NCBI GenBank assembly: GCA_964567075.1
Contig: CAZMKJ010000001.1
Coordinates: 1 to 39,132, forward strand
DNA: 39,132 nucleotides
Source of the DNA: an uncultured Dehalococcoidia bacterium
GTDB taxonomy: Bacteria > Chloroflexota > Dehalococcoidia > SZUA-161 > JAUWZY01
Direction of reading: 5' to 3'
Part shown: one piece after another, positions 29,446 to 38,132 of the stretch
Numbering within the stretch: position 1 is the first letter of the stretch
How the letters are laid out: every line of letters begins with the position of its first letter
The notes under the pieces: generated by a model
What the model was told of the DNA's origin: nothing
The model's database searches: none
What the model saw: the letters and a program-made list of their open reading frames with translations, nothing else
Translations under genes and position numbers: made by a program

Positions 29446-30179
29446 TGAAAGGGGAAAAAGGGCTTCAAACCTCTCATTCCCTCCCGGCCATAGGCGATAG
29501 GGAGGCTATCGAGCATTTTAAGCAGGCTATGGCCGCGGGCAAGCACTGGTATATCGCTCTGCTTGAAGCTATTGGGCGCTGGTCCTCCCGCGAGGAAACG
29601 CATAATGGGCGTCATTACCGCTATCTCATCGAGGGACAGGCCTTCGATTGGCTCCTCCTCGCCGAGCGCCTCTGCCAAGAGGTCGATGGCTACCTTCCTG
29701 AAGATGAGATGGCAAACCTTCTTCTCCGGGGCAAGCCACCTATCGAGCTCACAGAAGAGGAGTTCAAAACGCTCATCGGCAGTACCAAATATCGCGCTTA
29801 TCTCAATTACCTCTATGGGGTTATTGTGGAGCGGGCTCTCCTCCTCGCCGTGGAGGAAGAGATCGATAAGGAGCAGCGCGCTCACGTTTATCAGAACCAC
29901 CCTCGAGATAGCTATCAGCGAATTTATGGTGCCGACCAACAGACCCTGCTTAAGTGCTTTCGCCAGGGAAAGGGCTATCCCCAGCAAAGCAGCACCACCC
30001 TTCCCGAACTTCAAGAGTTCACCTATTGGCTGTTTAAGAATCGGTTGCGGAACTCTGACCGGGCTCGGGTAGCCAGCGATACCAAGAAGGCTTTGGCCTA
30101 TCTGGAGCGCCTGGGCCGGGCAAAAGAGTTTTCCTTCATCTCTTTCACGGAGGAGCCCACAGCAGTCAGCGAGCTATAA
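29445..30179 (+). CDS. hypothetical protein (244 aa), no recognisable family
   Basis: Host-like codon usage in this frame. The ATG overlaps the polX stop (TGATG). The 3' end is followed by a GGAGGTG RBS for the radical SAM gene. The antisense ORF 29271-30014 is judged a shadow. Confidence 0.7.
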   Translation: MKGEKGLQTSHSLPAIGDREAIEHFKQAMAAGKHWYIALLEAIGRWSSREETHNGRHYRYLIEGQAFDWLLLAERLCQEVDGYLPEDEMANLLLRGKPPIELTEEEFKTLIGSTKYRAYLNYLYGVIVERALLLAVEEEIDKEQRAHVYQNHPRDSYQRIYGADQQTLLKCFRQGKGYPQQSSTTLPELQEFTYWLFKNRLRNSDRARVASDTKKALAYLERLGRAKEFSFISFTEEPTAVSEL

Positions 30180-30191
30180 CGGAGGTGTTCC

Positions 30192-31619
30192 ATGAAGATC
30201 CTTCTCATCCAACCCAGATCAACGGGGGTCATGGACTTTGGTGCAGTCATGTGCTATGAGCCCCTGGGGCTGGAGGACATCGCTGCCCTCTTAGAGAACG
30301 AGCATGATGTAAAGTTGCTGGATCTGTTCCACTTCGACGATCTGGCGCAAACCCTCTCCTCCTTTGAGCCCGATATTTGTGGCATCTCCTGTTCCTTCAC
30401 TGTAGATGTCAATAAGGCACTGCGCATTGCTGAGTTTGTTAAGGGGAGCAAAGGTAGACCGGTGGTGGTCATCGGCGGACATCATGCCTCACTAAGCCCC
30501 GAGGACCTTTGCACCGAGTTCATCGATGCCATTGTCATCGGAGAGGGTGAGATAACATTCTCAGAGCTGGTATCCTGTCTCAGTGGCAATGGCGATCTGG
30601 AGTCCGTTCCTGGCCTGGCGCTGAACCGGGATGGGGAGCAATTGTTCACCAGACCACGAAGCCTGATCGAGAATCTGGATGAGCTCCCGCTGCCGGCACG
30701 CCACCTATCCAAAGCCTTCCGGAAGCAATATTTCATCGGCTTTGAGCGTCCCGCGGCCCTGGTTGAGACCACCAGAGGCTGCCCCTATCGCTGCAACTTC
30801 TGCTCGGTGCATAAGTTCTTTCAGGACAAGGTTAGGTTCAAGAGCGCGCAAAGGCTGGTCGAGGAGCTGACCAAGATCGAGGAAAAGGTGATCTTTTTCT
30901 CGGACGATAATTTCTTCATCCATGTCCCTCGGGCCCAAGAAATGGCAGCCCTGATCAAGGATAATAAGATTAAAAAGCGTTATCATGTTCAATCTCGAAG
31001 TGACATCATTGTCAAGCACCCCGAGCTTATTGCTATGTGGAAAGAGGTCGGGCTTGGCGGCGTCTTCATTGGCTTTGAGAAGATCGACGAAGAAGGGCTC
31101 AAATCGGTTAATAAGCAGAATACGGTGGAAAACAACGAGAAAGCCCTGGAGATCCTGAATTCCCATGGAGTGAGGGTAGTGGCCGCTTTTATCATTGACC
31201 CCGATGAGACTCGAGAGGGATTCGCCAGATTGCGCCGCTATGTGGACCGGCTCCAGCTCAAGACCACTCAGTTCACTGTGCTCACCCCGCTTCCCGGAAC
31301 CGAACTCTTCGCCCAGATGAAGGAAAGGATTGTGACCAAAAAGCACGAGCTCTTCGATGGTTTCCACGCTGTTTTGCCGACTAAACTCCCGCTCCCCGAT
31401 TTCTACAAGGAATTCAGCAAACTCTATGGCAGCGTTCTGGAACGCTCGATCGGCGGTCGAGCTGCCATTGCTAATGCATTAAGCCAGCTTCGGAGCGGGC
31501 AGCTCTCTTTATCCCACATCAAGAGGCTGAGCAAGATGGGGAAGATGCTCACCGACTACAGATGTTACCTTGCCGGCCATGTGGATGCCGAGGGCTGCCT
31601 GCCTCCTCAGTCTATGTAG
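30192..31619 (+). CDS. B12-binding-domain radical SAM protein (class B-like), function unknown
   Basis: N-terminal Rossmann-like cobalamin-binding-type domain (MKILLIQP...VVVIGGHHAS) followed by ETTRGCPYRCNFCSV (CxxxCxxC). Confidence 0.85.
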   Translation: MKILLIQPRSTGVMDFGAVMCYEPLGLEDIAALLENEHDVKLLDLFHFDDLAQTLSSFEPDICGISCSFTVDVNKALRIAEFVKGSKGRPVVVIGGHHASLSPEDLCTEFIDAIVIGEGEITFSELVSCLSGNGDLESVPGLALNRDGEQLFTRPRSLIENLDELPLPARHLSKAFRKQYFIGFERPAALVETTRGCPYRCNFCSVHKFFQDKVRFKSAQRLVEELTKIEEKVIFFSDDNFFIHVPRAQEMAALIKDNKIKKRYHVQSRSDIIVKHPELIAMWKEVGLGGVFIGFEKIDEEGLKSVNKQNTVENNEKALEILNSHGVRVVAAFIIDPDETREGFARLRRYVDRLQLKTTQFTVLTPLPGTELFAQMKERIVTKKHELFDGFHAVLPTKLPLPDFYKEFSKLYGSVLERSIGGRAAIANALSQLRSGQLSLSHIKRLSKMGKMLTDYRCYLAGHVDAEGCLPPQSM

Positions 31620-31669
31620 CCGCTTGATTCCAGGAGGTAAGCATCGACGAGGAGCATCTGTCCCAGCTT

Positions 31670-32389
31670 TTGCAGCGGGTGAAATCAGGAGAGGTTGCCA
31701 TCGAACAGGCGGTGGCACAATTGCGCCTCCTGCCGTACCAAGATCTGGGCTTTGCCAAGATAGACCATCACCGCGCACTACGCCGTGGCTTCCCCGAAGT
31801 AGTTTTAGGGCAAGGGAAAACGGCAGCGCAAATAGCTGCTATTGTCGAGCAACTGGCAACTCATGCCGACAAGATACTGGTGACCCGGGTTGATCCCGAG
31901 TGCTTGGCCCTGGTCCGAGAGCGAGTGCCAGAAGCCAGCTACCAGCCCATTGCCCGCGCTATCAGCGTAGACCGAGCAAAGGATGCCCCACGTCACCCTG
32001 GAGTTATGGTGATCAGCGGGGGCACTGCTGATTTGCCGGTGGCTGAGGAGGCAGCAATTACCGCCGAGCTCATGGGCAACGAGGTCGACCGAGCCTATGA
32101 TGTTGGCATATCGGGGGTGCACCGTTTGCTGGATCAGCTGCCTCGGCTGCGCCAAGCCAAGGTAGTAGTAGCAGTTGCTGGCATGGAAGGGGCGCTCCCC
32201 AGCATCGTCAGCGGCCTGATCGCGGTGCCTGTTATCGCTGTCCCCACCAGCACCGGCTATGGGGCCAGCTTCAGTGGGCTGGCTCCTCTGCTTGCCATGC
32301 TCAATACCTGCTCTCCTGGGGTAGCTGTGGTCAATATCGACAATGGCTTCGGCGCTGGCTATATCGCGGCCTTAATCAACCAGGGCTGA
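31670..32389 (+). CDS. larB: nickel-pincer cofactor biosynthesis protein LarB (PurE-like NaAD carboxylase/hydrolase)
   Basis: DLGFAKIDHHRALRRGFPEVVLGQGKT...GGTADLPVAEEA...AGMEGALPSIVSGL...VIAVPTSTGYG matches LarB. The track start is the TTG at 31670. The true start is probably upstream (see the finding on 31628-31681). Confidence 0.88.
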   Translation: MQRVKSGEVAIEQAVAQLRLLPYQDLGFAKIDHHRALRRGFPEVVLGQGKTAAQIAAIVEQLATHADKILVTRVDPECLALVRERVPEASYQPIARAISVDRAKDAPRHPGVMVISGGTADLPVAEEAAITAELMGNEVDRAYDVGISGVHRLLDQLPRLRQAKVVVAVAGMEGALPSIVSGLIAVPVIAVPTSTGYGASFSGLAPLLAMLNTCSPGVAVVNIDNGFGAGYIAALINQG

Positions 32390-32400
32390 GGGAGCTGCTC

Positions 32401-32895
32401 ATGGCTGAGGAGCCTCAATACTTTGGTATCACTGAGTTTGTGGAACGGCTCTCGGCAGAGCTTCTTTCCGCCCCTCTCCTGCGCCAATACGATGATGAGG
32501 CCCGGTTCAGAGTTGATGTGACTCAGGTGGTCAAGAGGTTCACCGAAGAGAAGCTTGCCTCCTTGGCCCTCTCTTACTGCATCCAGGACTGGGGAGACGA
32601 GGCATTGCTGCCGGTTGCTATCTTCGGAACCGATTTTTGTCCCGACATGGCTATCAGAGTTGGCGAGTTCCCGGTGATCGCTTGTATCTTGAAGCTTGTC
32701 AAACAGGGGGAAGAGCTGGGGCTGAAGGTAAGCTCCGCCGTTGGCCAGGCGCTGATTTACTCCCGGTGTTATCCCGCTGTCATCGCCTTCGTGCTAAGCA
32801 TGGAGAAGGGGGAGGCGCATAAGCACTGGTCCGATTGGGAGCTCAAGGCTGATTTATGGCGCAGGCATAAAATAAAGCTGGTGGTCAGGGAGTAG
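32401..32895 (+). CDS. hypothetical protein (164 aa) inserted between larB and larC
   Basis: A GAGGGAG RBS precedes the ATG, spacing to both neighbours is tight and codon usage is host-like. No recognisable family or motif. Confidence 0.65.
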   Translation: MAEEPQYFGITEFVERLSAELLSAPLLRQYDDEARFRVDVTQVVKRFTEEKLASLALSYCIQDWGDEALLPVAIFGTDFCPDMAIRVGEFPVIACILKLVKQGEELGLKVSSAVGQALIYSRCYPAVIAFVLSMEKGEAHKHWSDWELKADLWRRHKIKLVVRE

Positions 32896-32904
32896 GGGTC
32901 GGTT

Positions 32905-34074
32905 TTGAACATCGCTTATCTCGATTGCTTTGCCGGGGCAGGCGGTGATATGCTCCTCGGGGCGCTAATAGATATCGGCTTGCCCCTCAGTGAGCTCACC
33001 TCAGAGCTGTGCAAGCTGCCCTTAACTGGCTACGAACTCAGGGCTGGAAAGGCGCAGTGTGGCCCTTTAACTGGCACCAAAGTCACGGTGGCCCTCGATG
33101 AGGCGCAGGAAGCAGAGCACCGCTCCCTGAGCCAGATTCTGGATATCATCGCTGCCAGCGACCTGCCACAGCCAGTTAAAGGGCAAGGGGCTCGCATCTT
33201 CAGCCGGCTCGCCGAGGCTGAAGCCAAGGTGCATGGCATCACAGTGGCAGAAGTGCACTTCCATGAGGTGGGCGCTGTTGATGCCATCGTCGATGTCATG
33301 GGGGTGGTGCTCGGATTCCATCTCCTGGGGGTGGAAGCAGTCTTCGCCTCAGTCCTGCCCCTGGGCTATGGCACCATTGACACCGCCCATGGCAACTTGC
33401 CACTGCCAGCACCAGCGACCCTTGAGCTCCTGGCCATGTCTGGGGCTCCAGTCCGCCCCGAAGCTGAGGCTGGGGAGCTGGTAACCCCGACCGCCGCCGC
33501 CATCATCACTACCCTGGCTTCCTTTCACTGTCCGCCATTTACCTTAGAGCGCATTGGCTATGGTGTTGGCGCCCGCCATGTGCTGCGGCTTTGGCTGGGG
33601 CAAACGACCGAGGTCACAACTCCTGAGCTCCTGCTTTTGCAAACCAACATCGACGACATGAACCCTGAGCTTTATGGCTATGTTATGGAACGCCTTTTCG
33701 CCCAAGGTGCTTTGGATGTTTGGTTCATCCCGATTCAGATGAAGAAGAACAGACCTGCGGTCACGCTCTGCGTCCTCGCCTCGGCCCAAGCTGAAGGGGC
33801 GCTGATTGAGACTATACTCCGTGAAACCTCAACCTTGGGGGTTCGGGTGCAAGCAGTTGGCCGCCGGCAGGCGGAGCGGGAAGTGGTGGAGATCGAGACC
33901 AGCTTGGGCAGGGCAGCGGTGAAGCTCAAGCGCCTTCATGGCTCCCCCGTTGCCGTAGTCCCGGAGTATGAAGACTGCCGTCGCCTCGCCTTGGAGCATA
34001 GACTGCCACTTCAGGAAGTATATCGCATTGTTTCCTCAGCAGCCGATGCCATGTTTCTCCCCAGCCGCCCTTAA
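32905..34074 (+). CDS. larC: nickel-pincer cofactor biosynthesis protein LarC (nickel insertion, DUF111 family)
   Basis: MNIAYLDCFAGAGGDMLLGALIDIG...VHFHEVGAVDAIVDV... is the canonical LarC N-terminus. TTG start. Confidence 0.9.
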   Translation: MNIAYLDCFAGAGGDMLLGALIDIGLPLSELTSELCKLPLTGYELRAGKAQCGPLTGTKVTVALDEAQEAEHRSLSQILDIIAASDLPQPVKGQGARIFSRLAEAEAKVHGITVAEVHFHEVGAVDAIVDVMGVVLGFHLLGVEAVFASVLPLGYGTIDTAHGNLPLPAPATLELLAMSGAPVRPEAEAGELVTPTAAAIITTLASFHCPPFTLERIGYGVGARHVLRLWLGQTTEVTTPELLLLQTNIDDMNPELYGYVMERLFAQGALDVWFIPIQMKKNRPAVTLCVLASAQAEGALIETILRETSTLGVRVQAVGRRQAEREVVEIETSLGRAAVKLKRLHGSPVAVVPEYEDCRRLALEHRLPLQEVYRIVSSAADAMFLPSRP

Positions 34075-34121
34075 CACAACAGCATGCCTATGGTAAAATT
34101 ACAGCGGAGGAAGAAGTTGTT

Positions 34122-35720
34122 ATGGCAAAATTCGACTTAGAGTTATTCGCCCAGACTGCTGACAGGATCAAAAGAAAAGCGCTGGAGGAAAACAGGTTGA
34201 CAGTCAACCCTGGTGATGAAGCGCTGAGAGCGCTGGTGGAAAAAGAGCCCGGGGTTAAGAAAACAAAGTATGGCAATTTCGTTGCCGAAAGTGAGCCCAC
34301 TTCCAGGGCGGCGGCGTTCACCAAAAATAGCGTTGACCATTCCTTTGGCGAAGAGGAAATAGAGCTATTAACCCAGTGTGAAAACGCTTTGGCTAAAGAA
34401 AGATTAATCTCCATTGATAGGATTGTGGGCAATGCAAGCAGCGACACAGTGGTGAGGTTAATCGTTCCAGAGAGATTTGCCCACGTCGCCTGTGGCGGGA
34501 AGAACCTTTTTGCGCCGGTAAAAGGAGATGTCGAACAACCGAGATATGAAATTCTATTTTTCAGCGATGATGCTTTTGAGGCCAACAAATCGAAACCGCT
34601 TCCCCAAAAAGATATCACCATAAGATTGGCTATGCTGGATGATGGCAGGGTTATTAAGATAGTGCGGAATAGCAACTACATAGGCGAATATAAAAAGGGG
34701 GTTTTTGCCGCTGAGGACTGGATCGCTAAAACGAGAAGGGGTGGCATTTTCCTGCACGCCGGTTGTAGAGAGGATTACCTGCAATCAGTCTACGGAGATT
34801 ATAGGGCAGTAAGGACACTGATCGCCGCTTTAAGCGCCAATGGAAAAACAACCGTAACCTGTAGGATCCTGGCAAGAAAGGGGAACGAACAATCCTGGCT
34901 CATTCAAGACGACGGCGGAGCCCTTATGTCGGATGGTTCTTTCCACGGCTTTGAACTCGGGGGAGTATTTGTGAAAACAGAGGGGGTAAATCCAGGGGAG
35001 CAAACCGAGATATTCTATGGCCTATTAAAACCGGAAACCGTGTGTGAAAATGTTTATGTAACTGAAGACGGAGACTTTGACTTTTACAACCTGGAAAGAA
35101 CATCAAATGGAAGGGCAGTGATACCGAGAAGAGATTTTATGCACGCCAGCTCCTATATCGACGTGGAGAGGATTGATAACCTGATTCTTGTCACCAGAGG
35201 GCCATTGATCCCCGCGATATCGAAATTGAACCTGGAACAAGCGGTAGCGTTAATGATTATAGGGCAGGCGATGGAATCATCAGCCGGTGACCCAACCCAA
35301 GCGGGCATGATTAGGACTGAGTTTTTCTATGATCCCTTCGTCGCCGGCGACAGGGCAGAGCATGCCAACAGATTCTATGAGATATTGAGAGGTCTTCCTC
35401 ATGTAAATTACTTCCTATTGAATACCGGAGGAGTGAGTGAAGGAGAACACTATAGAGATATCAGGTTAGAACATACCATGGGTATTTTAGATTCCCTATT
35501 GAGAGGAGGTCTTGAAGATTGGGTAGATTCACCTACAGGGTTTAAGGTGCCAAAAGCGATAAGGAGTGTAGATGATATTTACCTGCACCCGGAAAGGCTT
35601 TACTCCAGGGCTGAATTTGAGGAGAGACAGAAAGAGCGTAATAGAGATAGATACGAAGCCATTGAAAAATTGGGCAGCGCCCTGCATCCCAAGATAAGAA
35701 ATGTGTTCAGCAAACCGTAG
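34122..35720 (+). CDS. phosphoenolpyruvate carboxykinase (ATP)-family protein, divergent
   Basis: Collinear PEPCK-ATP motifs: IGEYKKGVF, a P-loop region LSANGKTT (canonical GLSGTGKTT), LIQDDGGAL (canonical IGDDEHGW), ELGGVFVKT (canonical EGGCYAKT) and LLNTGG. A TAAAAT -10 and a GGAGGAAG RBS lie upstream. Confidence 0.8.
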   Translation: MAKFDLELFAQTADRIKRKALEENRLTVNPGDEALRALVEKEPGVKKTKYGNFVAESEPTSRAAAFTKNSVDHSFGEEEIELLTQCENALAKERLISIDRIVGNASSDTVVRLIVPERFAHVACGGKNLFAPVKGDVEQPRYEILFFSDDAFEANKSKPLPQKDITIRLAMLDDGRVIKIVRNSNYIGEYKKGVFAAEDWIAKTRRGGIFLHAGCREDYLQSVYGDYRAVRTLIAALSANGKTTVTCRILARKGNEQSWLIQDDGGALMSDGSFHGFELGGVFVKTEGVNPGEQTEIFYGLLKPETVCENVYVTEDGDFDFYNLERTSNGRAVIPRRDFMHASSYIDVERIDNLILVTRGPLIPAISKLNLEQAVALMIIGQAMESSAGDPTQAGMIRTEFFYDPFVAGDRAEHANRFYEILRGLPHVNYFLLNTGGVSEGEHYRDIRLEHTMGILDSLLRGGLEDWVDSPTGFKVPKAIRSVDDIYLHPERLYSRAEFEERQKERNRDRYEAIEKLGSALHPKIRNVFSKP

Positions 35721-35754
35721 TTTGCCCCAGAGATCACAATCATCTGACGGAAAG

Positions 35755-36534
35755 ATGGAGATGTTGCTCGCCATCGATATCGGGAATACCAATATCGCGA
35801 TCGGTGTCTTTGCCGGGGAGAGGCTTGTTGCCACCTGGCGTCTGGCCACCGATGTCCACAAGCTGGCCGATGAATACGGCGCCATACTGCTTGATCTCCT
35901 GCCCCATAGTGGGCTCGCCCTCTCCGATATCAAGCAGGCGATCATTTGCAGTGTAGTGCCCCCTTTGGTGGTCACCTTTGAGGAGCTATGTCGCCGCTAC
36001 CTGGGGCTCTCGCCCTTGGTAGTAGCTGGCTCGGGAATTAAGACTGGGGTCCGCATCCGTATGGAGAACCCACGTGAGGTGGGTGCCGACCGGGTGGTGA
36101 ATGCGGCAGTAGGCCATCGGCTCTATGGTGGTCCTTTAATCGTCATCGACTTTGGCACCAGCACTACCTTCGACGTAGTATCCGAGGAGGGTGATTATCT
36201 CGGTGGAGCCATTGCCCCGGGTATTTTGCTTGCCGCTGAGGGTCTGTTCCAGAGTACGGCGAAATTGCCTCGAGTGGAGTTAGTTCGCCCCAAGCACGTT
36301 ATCGGCAAAAACACTGTTTCCGCGATGCAATCAGGCATCATCTTTGGCTATGTGGCACTTGTGGAGGGGCTTGTAGCTCAGATTAAGAGAGAGCTGGGCA
36401 AGGAGGCTCGGGTTATTGCTACCGGAGGCCTCGCTGAAATCATTGCCCAGGAGACCAAGGTCATCGAGTTAGTGGCTCCAGACCTAACCCTGATGGGGCT
36501 ACGGATAATCCATGAGTTGAACACTAAGCATTAA
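35755..36534 (+). CDS. coaX: type III pantothenate kinase
   Basis: LLAIDIGNTNIAIGVF...VIDFGTSTTFD...ATGG matches CoaX. The ATG at 35755 was chosen because the track ORF start overlaps the upstream gene. Confidence 0.92.
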   Translation: MEMLLAIDIGNTNIAIGVFAGERLVATWRLATDVHKLADEYGAILLDLLPHSGLALSDIKQAIICSVVPPLVVTFEELCRRYLGLSPLVVAGSGIKTGVRIRMENPREVGADRVVNAAVGHRLYGGPLIVIDFGTSTTFDVVSEEGDYLGGAIAPGILLAAEGLFQSTAKLPRVELVRPKHVIGKNTVSAMQSGIIFGYVALVEGLVAQIKRELGKEARVIATGGLAEIIAQETKVIELVAPDLTLMGLRIIHELNTKH

Positions 36535-36546
36535 GGAGGGGGAAGG

Positions 36547-37740
36547 ATGTTTGCTGGCAAAACCGTTGTTTTAGGGGTCACAGGCAGCATCGCTGCATAT
36601 AAGGCGGTGGATCTCGCCAGCAGGCTCACCCAGGCGGGGATCAGCGTTGATGTGGTCATGACTAAAGCTGCTACCGAGTTTGTCACCCCGCTCACCTTTC
36701 GCCACATTACTCGAAGACCTGTAGTCGTCGATCTGTTTGCCCCCATCGCCGATTTCAGACCCGGACATGTGGCGCTGGCGGAGCGAGCCGATGTCATGGT
36801 CATCGCCCCGGCTACCGCCAATACCATAGCCAAATTGGCGATGGGCATCGCTGATGACCTATTGAGCTGTAGTGTGCTGGCGACGGAGGCGCCGCTGATC
36901 ATAGCGCCAGCGATGGATGTGGGGATGTATCAGAATCAGGTGACCCAGGAGAATCTGGAAAGGCTTCGCTCCCGCGGCGCCATCATCGTTGGTCCAGCAT
37001 ATGGGCGCCTCGTCACCGGGGTGATGGGGCTCGGTCGCCTGGCCGCAGTCGATGAGATCCTGGGGACGATTTACCAAGTTTTAGGCCGCCACGGTGACTT
37101 CGCCGGGAGGCGGCTGGTGGTCAGCGCTGGAGGCACCCAGGAACCCCTCGATCCCGTCCGTTACCTCAGCAATCGCTCCTCGGGGAAGATGGGCTATGCC
37201 ATCGCCGAGGCCGCCAGAGACCGAGGAGCCACAGTGATTCTTATCAGCGCTCCAACAGCTCTCATACCCCCGGTTGGCGTTGAATTGGTTCCGGTTACCA
37301 GCGCACTTCAAATGTGCGACGCTGTTCTGGAAAGAGCGAGCGATGCTGACGCTTTGATTATGACTGCTGCCGTTGCCGATTATCGTCCCGCGGCCGCTGC
37401 CGAGCATAAAATAAAAAGGGATCCTGAGAGGCTAACCCTCGAGCTGGTGAAAAACCCAGACATCCTGAGCCAGGTCCGGGGCGAGCTGATAAAGGTCGGC
37501 TTTGCCGCTGAAAGCGAGGATTTGCTGCCAAACGCGACAAGGAAACTGGAGCAGAAGGGGCTGGACCTCATTGTCGCCAATGACATCACCGCCGCCGATA
37601 GCGGCTTTGCTGTGGACACCAATAAAGTGGTTCTCATCGACCGCAGTGGCGAGGTGCAGCAGCTACCGCTGTTGCCCAAATCCGAGGTGGCACACAGGAT
37701 TTTGGACAAGGTATTGTCGCTCCTTGCCGCCAGGGGATGA
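36547..37740 (+). CDS. coaBC: bifunctional phosphopantothenoylcysteine decarboxylase / phosphopantothenate-cysteine ligase
   Basis: N-terminal flavoprotein domain (VVLGVTGSIAAYKAVDL, APATANTIAKLA) and a C-terminal CoaB domain (ISNRSSGKMGYAIAEAA, AAVADYRP). Confidence 0.93.
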   Translation: MFAGKTVVLGVTGSIAAYKAVDLASRLTQAGISVDVVMTKAATEFVTPLTFRHITRRPVVVDLFAPIADFRPGHVALAERADVMVIAPATANTIAKLAMGIADDLLSCSVLATEAPLIIAPAMDVGMYQNQVTQENLERLRSRGAIIVGPAYGRLVTGVMGLGRLAAVDEILGTIYQVLGRHGDFAGRRLVVSAGGTQEPLDPVRYLSNRSSGKMGYAIAEAARDRGATVILISAPTALIPPVGVELVPVTSALQMCDAVLERASDADALIMTAAVADYRPAAAAEHKIKRDPERLTLELVKNPDILSQVRGELIKVGFAAESEDLLPNATRKLEQKGLDLIVANDITAADSGFAVDTNKVVLIDRSGEVQQLPLLPKSEVAHRILDKVLSLLAARG

Positions 37741-37742
37741 GG

Positions 37743-37772
37743 TTGACATTGAAATATTATGGTTGATATATT
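37743..37772 (+). promoter_or_regulatory. promoter TTGACA-N18-TATATT immediately upstream of the degenerate tRNA copy
   Basis: TTGACA at 37743-37748 and TATATT at 37767-37772. The predicted start lies 1-4 nt before 37782. Confidence 0.5.
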
Positions 37773-37781
37773 AAGATTGGT

Positions 37782-37853
37782 GGCAGCGTAGCTCAGGGGT
37801 AGAGGAGGGGACTGATAAGCCTCGAGTAGCGGGTTCCAATCTCCCCGCTTGCA
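37782..37853 (+). pseudogene. degenerate tRNA copy (paralog of the tRNA at 39001-39072, with GAT at the anticodon position)
   Basis: 60 of 72 positions are identical to the downstream tRNA, and 40 of the first 42. There are mismatches in the acceptor stem (2), the D stem (G10:G25) and the T stem, and the T loop reads TTCCAAT instead of TTCGAAT. It probably cannot form a normal cloverleaf. Confidence 0.65.
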
Positions 37854-37905
37854 TAAAGATAAAGAAGCGAGCTTATATCAAAAGTCGAAACGGGTAGTTC
37901 AAATT

Positions 37906-38130
37906 ATGGCGGACAGTCTGGAAGGTGACTGGAGAACAAATATTGATGCTGTTATTGGTGAAAGCGGCATTGTGCGGCGTCGTATTACCAAATATGAGGT
38001 CGGTTTGGTGAAGGTTGGCTATGAACTGTGGAGAGCTAAAGCTGAAGAGGATATTGAGGAAGGCGAGGAAGTGGAGGTTATCGGGGTAAGTGGAGTCACT
38101 TTAGAGGTTAAAAAAGTAGGAGGAGGGTAA
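37906..38130 (+). CDS. NfeD-like OB-fold protein, short soluble form (74 aa)
   Basis: [54 protein letters not shown] resembles the NfeD C-terminal beta-barrel domain, and it lies directly upstream of an SPFH gene. I chose the ATG at 37906. The track TTG at 37849 lies inside the tRNA-like sequence. Confidence 0.7.
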   Translation: MADSLEGDWRTNIDAVIGESGIVRRRITKYEVGLVKVGYELWRAKAEEDIEEGEEVEVIGVSGVTLEVKKVGGG

Positions 38131-38132
38131 TT

